A stretch of 64,000 nucleotides of DNA, from the IMG/VR virus record IMGVR_UViG_3300043426_000266, positions 62,001-126,000 of that record. One strand, given 5' to 3'. Shown here in pieces: positions 27,401-36,500 of the stretch. The notes under the pieces were generated by a model that searched no databases, had not been told where the DNA came from, and saw nothing but the letters and a program-made list of their open reading frames with translations. Every line of letters starts with the position of its first letter. Position 1 is the stretch's first letter. The position numbers were made by a program, and so were the translations under genes.

Positions 27401-28802
27401 CCCACTTACTGCCAATCATTTTAAAACGACGAAGCTCTGCTGCTGTGTAAACACCCTCTAATGCAAGTTTATCAACCCTCTTATTGATTGATGAAGTGAG
27501 GTCAACTTCTTCAGCCTGGTAAGGCTTATAACCCACGGCTTTTAGAATTTCATTTTTTTCTTCCTCAACTTCAACATCTTCATTTAAAGATTCGAGTAAC
27601 GCAAGAGAATCATCTTCGTCGAGTTCATCAACTGCTTCTGAGTTAAAAATGTTTTCCTCAGATGCCTTAATGGTTTGAAGTGTTGCGTTTCGGTCTAACC
27701 CAATCTTTAAAAGTTGTTCGACAGTGTTTACTGTGTTAGAAGAGGAGTTTCGATAAGCCTCTTCCGTTTGTTTGAATCGTTCTTGGCGTTGCCCAATACT
27801 GGAACTACCCAAATCGGATGGGCCAGTATCAGCGCTAAGATCATTATCGTCTTCGTAAGCATCTTCATCAGCATTGTCTTCCATTTGTTCTTGGGTTTCT
27901 TCGGTTGTTTCAATATTTAAATCAACTGAAGTATCACCCATTGTGATTTTCATTGTACCTAACAGAAACCATTTTCTAACATCAACAATGGTGAGTTCTT
28001 GAGTTTTTTGTGTTTTGCCAACTTCTGGAATAATCCAACTCTTAAGCAATCCTAGGTTAACAACAAAGTAGTTTAAACCAAAATAAAAAATAACGTTTAA
28101 ACGTTCTAACGCTTTTAAGTCTTGTGGAATAACTGATTCGGTGCTTCCCGTTAACCAAGAATAGAACTCAGTATAAAGGAACCGCTCTTCAGTTTTAAAC
28201 TTTTTCCAATTGACTTCTTTATTTTCGGTTTCCCATTTCATCAACTGCGAACGAGAAGGCACAATTGAAGGTAGGCGAATTGCAACAAAGTGATGTCGCT
28301 GGTCATTCACCTCTGTTGTTGCAATGTCTTGAAAAACTGATTTCCAGTAATTTCGTAAACGATCATATTCACTTAAGACAGTTTTAACATAAAAGAATTC
28401 TGCGCCAACTAGAGTATGATTCTTTACAAGCAGGTTACTGATGATTCCCACTTTTGAAGTGTCAACAAAGCCTTTAACAAACCCTGGGTGCAACCGATGA
28501 TAATCTTTAATCATCATCGGTTTTTGAAGTGTATCTCTGGTGACCCGAAAAGCGTTAATATCCACTGAATCAACATAACTGGTCTGGTGGAATAAAACAA
28601 CTTTTGCAGCTTTGTCTAAATTTGCTAAGAAACTATTATTCTCAGCAATCCCAACGTTAACCACATCTGGGTCTTGATCTGTGAAATGAAAATATGAATT
28701 CTTTGGAAATTCAAAATTCGCAATATTGTTTAGAATCGGATTTTTTAATTGCTTTGGGAATCTAACTCCAGTCTGTTTATAAAACTTAGGGTAAAGAATC
28801 AT
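24405..28802 (-). CDS. rpoB: virion RNA polymerase beta subunit, N-terminal/main part (phiKZ gp178-like)
   Basis: GDAGT, DDPKRRNFSSIQ, VRTGYE, YEDS, GHQMKS beta-like motifs; ATG 28802 (MILYPKF). Confidence 0.88.
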   Translation of the reverse strand: MILYPKFYKQTGVRFPKQLKNPILNNIANFEFPKNSYFHFTDQDPDVVNVGIAENNSFLANLDKAAKVVLFHQTSYVDSVDINAFRVTRDTLQKPMMIKDYHRLHPGFVKGFVDTSKVGIISNLLVKNHTLVGAEFFYVKTVLSEYDRLRNYWKSVFQDIATTEVNDQRHHFVAIRLPSIVPSRSQLMKWETENKEVNWKKFKTEERFLYTEFYSWLTGSTESVIPQDLKALERLNVIFYFGLNYFVVNLGLLKSWIIPEVGKTQKTQELTIVDVRKWFLLGTMKITMGDTSVDLNIETTEETQEQMEDNADEDAYEDDNDLSADTGPSDLGSSSIGQRQERFKQTEEAYRNSSSNTVNTVEQLLKIGLDRNATLQTIKASEENIFNSEAVDELDEDDSLALLESLNEDVEVEEEKNEILKAVGYKPYQAEEVDLTSSINKRVDKLALEGVYTAAELRRFKMIGSKWESIKDPYGGNKSAPEIININPVDLLLPDQTQLMSNSKSVLDKSMLCSSLDLLTKKYTTEILPRHMMSIGINLQRNGVCVTDYKVTRFENAFDAFEIHSFKLVPLEGQESTVKIKIPIVDEDGNFMAGGVKSRMRAQRFDLPIRKINYREVALTSYVAKFFVRRSEFTAYSQERWLEKQLIGLGNDRSDVSINFSNVYDNKIKAPLKFTILSRIVSKIGIGDYEFNFNVEKMNQIYGADLVNTMAQAKKNQIVVGKSKSRSSIIIMAEDGTLFEANTSVLNDLINIGTMESILGFPISKSPIDMAEVNILGEELPLAFVLGYYLGLGNLLETSKVKFTRHPKGTRIALLDQEYAIKFNDETLVFNRDDYRSMLIFGGLRKIQETIKQYSVYQFDKPEVYGAVLLDLKISARYLKGLDTYKDLWVDPITKDVLVGMSEPTDFVGLLFSALDKLTIDQHDDQTDEVGFRLRGYERFAGMAYAELVKATRTHNNKPSKANSKIELNPQAVWMSVLQDQSVAPVEDSNPIHSLKEQEIVVYRGAGGRDGRTLNSESRKYHENSVGILSDATVDNGDAGTVLYLTADPNFKSVLGLPNVVDKKDRKDIPATKLLATTELLSPGIEYDDPKRRNFSSIQNSRTTSCVGLTLLPVRTGYEAVIPYRVSKLYAFVAREEGIVKEITKNVIVIKYKTGKEERLPLGKRSGKWQGKIVPHELITELKVGDKFKEGTPITYNPLFFQYNWVSGELCYKQGLLARTAFTENSGTYEDSSEMSAKFTSKLETSIIEERTILVYFNQEVEDLIKVGQTVEYETKLCRLLDTLSTASSERLFTHDSREILADISSISPSAEVKGKVVSIEAIYAGDPDEMTESLRAIVEKTDREKSNAAKEQGKPRQDGSVDSGFRVNGVIMESNSCIIRVAIETSQPMRTGSKIVLGHQMKSVTGRVWDEEVTTETGQEIDVLFGYQSVQNRVILSPEKIGTTNNLMVAGSKSVVNIFRGNKQ

Positions 28803-30457
28803 TCTAGATCTCCGGATAATGACCATAATACTCGCGCAAGCACTTCTGCTGAGAATGGATCATTTAACAATTTACCAGAAGAATTTAAATAACTGGCTTC
28901 TGAGTTAATATATTTTTCTACTGCTGCAATCCCTTCATTACTTAGAACAGGGTTGTAGTTACACATATCTCCGTCAAAATCCCCAGCGATGCCAACGAGT
29001 CTTGTTTGATGCACCGCCATTGAGTCAAACCAATTATCATCATCGGTTCTTGGGTAGTGGTGTGCAACAAACTCCATGGGTGTAAATGTCTCATCTAACT
29101 CAATTAACTCCAAATCTTTATTCGTTGTTAAGACATGTGGATAGGTCGGGTAGATTGAGCGGTACCCGTTAATCGGATAACGAGTTACAGTCGCTGGGTA
29201 TTTTGGAAATAAACGATACCCATGGATATACATCAATTCGGCGTAGGTGACTGGATAGACGTTCTTAATGTCAATATCAATTCGACCCTCTACCTTTTCC
29301 CCTTCGATCGCAAGATCATTGATGTCATTAATTAATCTAAAATGTTTCTCATCTTTATAAACCAATCCTAGATAATAACCACCCAACATAATGTGGGTGT
29401 TTCTTAAATGGTTATCAGATAAAGAATCAATTGTTTTAGATAAACCCGTTGGTGTTAACCAACGGTCAATTAACTTGGGTTTAACTGTAACTTCTTCGCG
29501 TGTGAGTGTTTTAGGATTAATTAGATTTACTTTACCTGGGATTGGACTTTGTAGGTTTTGTAAGTAACCGTTGATAAGCTGATGAATTAACACGGGCGCG
29601 TAGACCGCAGCTGCTTGGTATAAACCAATTGCTGTCTCATTAAACTTTAATGATTTAGGATCATCAATAAACCGTGCGGTATTCTCATTAGACGTGATAA
29701 CGTTTCTTGAGCCATATTTGATTTTACGTGTTGCAAACTTACGACGCATAAACGATTTCTTTAAACGACCCACTAAGGTAGATAAATATTCGTAGAGCTC
29801 ACACCATGTGTTTTGTAACGCCATTCGAGGGCGATCGTTTAAGGCGGAATTCAAATCCCCAGAGTTGGGTAGAGAGTTTGAGATGCTTAGCAATTTAACA
29901 TAAAGATCATTTATCTCATGTTTAGTTACTTCACCTTCGTCATTCATCTCGATATCACGAAGACCAGCTGGGATAACCATTACTCGTTTACCTAATGCGG
30001 TTCCGAGTTTTTTAAACTTAAGGATATCGTCAATAGCTTCACGTCGAATGTCAGAGTCGTTTTTAACAAATACGATTTTTTCCCAATGAGTTAAGAAGAA
30101 ATGAAATCCAGTTTCCCCAGTGAGGTTTGTTGCTTTTACAAAGTCCTTTTCTTCATCACTCCAAACCGCATAGGTGGAACCAGACATAATTCCTTTATAT
30201 AGTTGCTTCACGGAACAAAGTAGGGCAAAAATCTTTGGATGGAAAACATTAATTCTAAGGTCAAGGTAAGAATGTCTTTCATCTCTATCCGAAGTACCAA
30301 TCTTGCCAAAGATGGACGTTGAAAAAAGACCTTCTTCATGAAAGTCTTTTGACATCCCCTGAAACGTATCAAGTGATGTCACGGGTTTAATATATTTAAA
30401 TCGATCGGTATTGGTATCCATAATACTGATATCGAATTTTACCATTTTTTCAGACAT
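28799..30457 (-). CDS. rpoC: virion RNA polymerase beta' subunit, catalytic part (phiKZ gp180-like)
   Basis: EGLFSTSIFG, PAGLRD, catalytic AGDFDGD. Confidence 0.92.
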   Translation of the reverse strand: MSEKMVKFDISIMDTNTDRFKYIKPVTSLDTFQGMSKDFHEEGLFSTSIFGKIGTSDRDERHSYLDLRINVFHPKIFALLCSVKQLYKGIMSGSTYAVWSDEEKDFVKATNLTGETGFHFFLTHWEKIVFVKNDSDIRREAIDDILKFKKLGTALGKRVMVIPAGLRDIEMNDEGEVTKHEINDLYVKLLSISNSLPNSGDLNSALNDRPRMALQNTWCELYEYLSTLVGRLKKSFMRRKFATRKIKYGSRNVITSNENTARFIDDPKSLKFNETAIGLYQAAAVYAPVLIHQLINGYLQNLQSPIPGKVNLINPKTLTREEVTVKPKLIDRWLTPTGLSKTIDSLSDNHLRNTHIMLGGYYLGLVYKDEKHFRLINDINDLAIEGEKVEGRIDIDIKNVYPVTYAELMYIHGYRLFPKYPATVTRYPINGYRSIYPTYPHVLTTNKDLELIELDETFTPMEFVAHHYPRTDDDNWFDSMAVHQTRLVGIAGDFDGDMCNYNPVLSNEGIAAVEKYINSEASYLNSSGKLLNDPFSAEVLARVLWSLSGDLE

Positions 30458-30510
30458 ACGACACCTTTCGCAAAATCATGTGTATAGGATAAATTAATGA
30501 GGTTATTATC

Positions 30511-33500
30511 ATGGCTAAACGTGATATAGATGACTTCGAGGAACTCGACCTCGGACTCGATGATGACATGGGGTACGAGGACAATAATCGGCCTTCCAGT
30601 GATCGTAAAGCATCCATTTTTTCAAGAAGTAAAAACTACGCTAAAAGCCATTATAAAGCAAAATTTGAAGATCGTAATGAACGTAAACGTTTATTAAAAC
30701 AAGCAATCCCTGGGTCTTATGGTAGCGCGGTAGACTTAGCGTTTGACATGAAAGACGATTATGATTCAATCAAATATGAAGTCTCTAAAGAATGGCAAAA
30801 AAGCAAAGGTCCTTTTAAAAAGCTTTTAAAATCTCAAGAGGGAACTTTACGCGCCTTACGTTTAAAGAAACTTGCCGATTGGGCAAATGAGGAAGATCGG
30901 GGTCGTTACGCTGAAGAAGCAGTAGATCAAGACGATGCGTTAACTGCGAACCTCATGGGTGATTTCACCAAATATAAAAACTCTCCGGCTGAAAAAGAGA
31001 AAGCTGCAACAGATAAAGTTGATCAAAAAGAAAAAGAAAGTGATCAAGAGTTTAAGTCAAAAACATTATCGGCTACTTTAAAAGGAACTGCAAATTTAAC
31101 TAGTATCCTTAAAGAGTTACAAAATCAAACCTCTTACCAAGACCAAATTACCTTTCAATATCAAAGAAAGAATTTGGAATTTAATATTCGTAACTTTATC
31201 GAGTCCAAGAAACAGACCGAGTTATTACGGACATATAAAGAAGAGGCTATTTCAGAGCTCAAAGAGATTCATAAAAATACCGCCCTACCTGACGCGGTTA
31301 AGATTAACCAGTCAGAATTGGCTGGACAAATCTTTAAAGAAAAAATGCTTGGAAATGTTGCGTCTTATTTCGATGGTAAGATGTCAACGATGCGCCGTAA
31401 AATTGTTTCTAGAGTCAAGGATCGTTTACTTGAATTAACTCGAGACATGGGTACAAACATCGAGGGGATGTTGGAGGCCGCAAGTAGTCAACAAGAATCT
31501 GGGGGCGGCTCTCTTCTCGGTATGTTCGGGCAGATGTTTGCCGACTCTAAGTTAGACAAACCTTACAACTATGTTACTGGTAAAGCGACCAAATATATTC
31601 GTAATAAGTTAGGTGCGAATACTAAAATTAATAAATTTGGTAAAGGGTTAAATTCTCTTATTGCCAATGCAGGTACCCTTGGTAATGAAGCTCTAATTAC
31701 CGGTAAGACAGGGAATAAACTCCTTGATGGTTTATCAAGCTTTCTAGGTTTAAATCAGGCGGCTACGACCCGATCAACTCGTTTACGAAATTCGTTATCC
31801 GATAACTTAGATACCGCTACCTATATGGACGTTAAGTTCAAACAAACCGTAGAGCGGGTTATTCCAGGTTGGTTAAGTTTAATTCACAAAGAAACTTATC
31901 TAACTCGAATTGGTAGCAACAGCGATAAAGACTATAAAAAGAAATCGTGGGATTGGGATAAAGAAGATTTCGATAACGATCAGAATGTAAAAGATCGCGC
32001 ATTTACCAAAGTCTTTAAAAAGGAAAACATTGAACAGTTTTCAATGGCAATGGAAAATGTATTAAGAGTCTATGACCCAATTGCCTTTTTAACTTTAGAT
32101 GCTCGAAATGAATTAAAGGACTGGATCTATAATAAAATCCAGTCCTCTCGTTCACCCTCGTTCTACAACCTTATGCTTGAAATTAATACTTTTAAAAATA
32201 AGGCTACTCGAGCACAACTTATTCAATTGGCAAACTTTGCCGCTGACATCCACGAAGAGGATTTAGAGTACGCTGAGGAAGGTTTACTAAGTGAAGGTAA
32301 ACTTATCATGCGTCGCCCTAAATACGCTGAGTGGGCTAAAAAAGCAAAACCTTATATTGATGAATTAGCGTCACGTCCTTTGTTTGACATCAACGAATTG
32401 ATGCGCATTGCCAATACTGAGCAAGGCAAAGTCTTTGAGGAGATGGGGTTAGTTACCCGTGATGGTTCTGGTAACCTAGACATGTCAGTTGACTACGAGA
32501 AGAAAATCGTACGGAAAATGACAAGTATGGATTACAAACAAATCGCGAAACTAAAAGAAGGGGAAGGTCAATCTTATCGCAATAACCGAGGTCAACAAGA
32601 AACACGTAACCGCATGGAACTCGATAATGAGAACATGCAGGATACAATTGATGACTGGTTAAATTCGGATGCGCGTATTGATGATAAGACGTATGCAATT
32701 TTACAAACGCTTCTTAACAATGATACGTTAGACGCTCGTTCTAAAAAAGCGAATGAGAAGAAGATCAAGAACATTCTCTCTTCTTTGATTTTCCAAACCA
32801 ATGACGAGATCAGAGAAGGGAAGAAATCTGGGCGTATCGCCACACGCGCTGCAGGTGGTATTATTCCTTCATTTGCTAAAGGCGGGAAGAACCGTAAGAA
32901 AAAAGGTAAAAAGTCTTACCTTGAAGCTTACAAGGGCGGTAGCACGGGGAATGCTCCGGTTGATGAAGGTCAACTAGCAATTGTTCATGGTCAAGAGTTC
33001 GTTACTGACGCAACCACGACTGAGAATAATGAAACCCTCCTTGAACTCATGAACAAGTTCAAAGCACCTGTCTTCCTACCAGATGGTAAAGTTAACCCTG
33101 TCTACTATAAGGCAATGGGGTACGAAGACGAGGAGGAGTTCCGTAAGGATCAATCCCAACAACTTCGTTTGGCTAAGAAGAAACTCCGTGCAGATAAGTT
33201 CTCTGCTGGAGCACGTACAGGTTCTGCTTGGGTTGCAAATAAGGTTAAAGGTTTAGAAGGTCGAGACAACTCTAAGACCAAAGAAAAGATTAAAGCTGCT
33301 GCTTCTGAAATCACTGAAGAAGGTAAACGCATTTTTGATGAAGCTTACAAAGCTTTAAATGGAATGAGTGAACAACAACTTCAATCTGTCTACTCTAAAT
33401 TGATGACTGCTACAGATAGCTCGATTTTCAATGCGTCAGAAAACGCGTTGATTGCAAGTGATGCATCTACCCACAAGAAAGTTTTAACGGTAATTAAAGC

Positions 33501-36500
33501 GAAACTTCGTGAAGAGAACCGTACTAAGATTGTGGCGGAGTTAGCCAAAGCGTTAGGATCACAGTTCTACAAAAAAGCTAAGGATCGTTTAAAGACATTC
33601 TTAAATGGTGGAACTGAAGATACAGCAACCACAGATAACTTAAAGCAGGTTTATAACTTTGGTAAAAACAAGGTTACTGGTGCTTACGGTGAAATTAAAA
33701 ACTTTGCTGGAGAGCAGTTTAACAAGACTGCTTTAAAAGGGCGTTATGACCAAGCCAAAGGTTTGATGCAAAAAGCGTGGAAAGAACTTGCGATTGACAT
33801 CTACCTGGTCGTGAATCCTGCATTGGTTCGTTTAAGTGCTGCTGGGTTTGAATCTGGTATGTACATTGACAAAGCCACTGGTCGTGTACTTGAATCTCAT
33901 CATGACATTAATGGTGAAGTTGTCAATACTCAAGGTAACATTGTTTTAACCGATGAAGAGTTAGGGAAAGGTTTACTGGATAAAGAAGGTAATCGAATTA
34001 ATCCTAGTTCTTTAGCACGTTATCGCAATATTGCTCGTAACAAAGCCGTTGAAGCGTATAACAAGTATGCCAAGAAACATGTTGATAAATACCTTAACAA
34101 AGGTGCAGATCTTCTTTTAACTGCTGCAGAACGTTGGCAGCGTATGTTTAAAGAAACTGTGATTGACGTCTATGTCACTGGGAAGGGTGATAAACCTATA
34201 TTGACCGCAGTTGGTTTTAGAGCAGGTGAATATCTCAGCACTGTGAGTAAGAAAGTACTTACGGATTACTTGGACATTGATGGTCCGGTAATGACGAAGA
34301 ATGGTCAATACCTTTTGCTTGCAGAAGACTTGGGTAACTTAATCGATAAAGATGGGAAACCAATTAAACCAACGAAGCTTGGTGGGATTGGACAACGTCT
34401 ATTCGGTATTGCTTCTGAAGCTTTGGGGTTAGGTCGAATCAAAACCTTCGGTAAGAAGATGTTTGATAAGGCTAAAGCGTTCTCTGCGAAGAAGATGGCT
34501 GAGAACTTCAGCAAAGCTGGAGCAGATGCTGTTGATGTTTACTTGGCAGACAAAATGGATACTCCTACGCTTTACGCAAAAGAGTTCCGCGAGGGTTTAT
34601 ACCTTGATCAGGCAACTGGTGAAAAACTTGCCAACCACTACATGATTAAAGGTCCAGTCATTAAAACATTGGACAATGGTTCTGTTGAAGTGGTGTTAAC
34701 TGCTGAAGATCTTCAAAAAGGTTTTGTTGATGCAGAAGGTAAACCGTTACCAGTTGTTAAAGTAGATTTCCTCCGTGGTTCATTCTTTAAAGGAATGTTG
34801 GGGAATAGACTGGATGGCGCTAAAGGACGAGTTAAAAACTTCTTGAACCGTTTCAAGAAAGAGAAAGCTGAGGAAGTAACTGAAGAAGCTCCTACCCAAA
34901 CAGGCAGCAACAAGGTGATCTACTATAAAGACCCACTTGATGGTGGATTGCTTCCTGCATTTGATTTAGATGCGATTAAGAACTGGGAACTTTACCAGGT
35001 TAATCTTGATACTGATAATCCAGATGCAACAGTGTCTCGTATCTCTGACCTCTCTGAGATCCAAAAAGGTTTTACTGTATACCGTCTGAAAACTGGCAAG
35101 TCAGCCCCTGCCGATAAACCAATGACCGTTGCTTTATTGAACAGTTTAGGTTTTATTGCTGTACGGAGTTCAGTGAACCAAGGTGTTTGGTTTGATGAGA
35201 AAGGGAAGAAGTTCAAAGCTGAGAAGAAGAAACCTGAACAACAAGGTGGACAAAGTAAGTTTTCGAAACTGAAAGGTAAACTTGGTTCTAAGCTTGGTGG
35301 ATTAAAAGACAAGTTGAAAGGTAAATTCACTGATGAAGAAGGTAACTTCCGAATTGGAAGTTGGCAGTGGAAACGCAAGAAGAAAGAGGAGGATGGTTGG
35401 TTTGGTCGTCTTGGTTCTGCGTTAGGTCTTGGGAAGAAGAAGGGGGATGAAAATCCTGCTAAACCTAGTTGGCTAAAAACCATGTTTGGTTGGTTTAGTA
35501 AAAAATTCATCTTCATGGGATTAGCCGCTGCTGGATTAGTTAAAGCCTTAGGTGCTAAAATTAGTTTAGGTTCAATGGCTGCTGGTTTATTAGCTGTTAA
35601 AGGAATTAGCTGGGCTCTTAAAAAGTCATTGACCGGTTTGGTGTTTAAACCACTAATGAACTTGATTCCATGGCTTGGTACTAAAATCATGGGCGCTGTA
35701 CGCGGTCGTGGTATGATGGGTAACGGCATAGGTGGTCTTGGTAAAGTTGCTCGTATTGGTGGTGCTGCTTTAGGCGCACATGCTATCTACAAGGGGCTAA
35801 AAGGCGAAGAGCAGTTTGATGAGAATGGTGATCCAATCGTAGATTCGGAAGGCAATGCTGTAGTTAAGAAAGACTACATGGGTGCTGCCTTGGGTGCCGT
35901 TGGTGTTGCTTCTATGATCCCTGGTGTTGGTGGCATGGCAATGTCCGCTGGGGCTGCCTTATTAACTAACCCAGTTGGTTGGGCTATTCTTGGTGGGGTT
36001 GCGGTTGGCGCTGCGAGTTATTGGCTAGGTAAGAAAGCATTAGGTTGGTGGAAAAAAGGGAACGCTTTAGAAGAAAGTCCTTTATCTGCTTTCCGTATGA
36101 TTCAATATGGTTTTAGCCCAATTGATGATAAAACAATGCAACCAATTCTTCAGTTAGAAGGATACTTATCTGGAATGCTTGTTAGTGGTAATGATGGTAT
36201 TAATATCAGTAATCAAGTTGACCCTAATGGGGTATTTGGTATTTTTGGTTTGAAATATGGAACTGGAGATGCTGAACGTAATAAGTCTTTCTTAGCGTGG
36301 TTCCTGGGTCGTTTTAAACCGGTTTACTTATCGTACGTCAAACAGATGAACGCGATTAAGAAAACTTACAAACTTGATGGCATTGATACTAGTGTTACTG
36401 CTGCTGATCGTCTGTCTATCTTAGAGAATGTACACTTTAAGAACCAGACTGACATGAACCCGTATAACATTCCAGTATCACCTTTTGAAGATCCGGATGA

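Noticed and set aside
24405-30457. Inteins or group I introns in the RNAP, terminase or UvsX genes
   Set aside because: ORFs are continuous, lengths match recalled phiKZ orthologues, and there are no intein C-terminal HN-C/S/T or LAGLIDADG/HNH motifs.
34992-35729. 245-aa minus-strand ORF (also 36507..36995, 37482..37991, 32592..32843, 38244..38522)
   Set aside because: Antisense shadows of the Ala/Gly/Lys-rich lysin gene, with no RBS and a composition that mirrors the sense codons.
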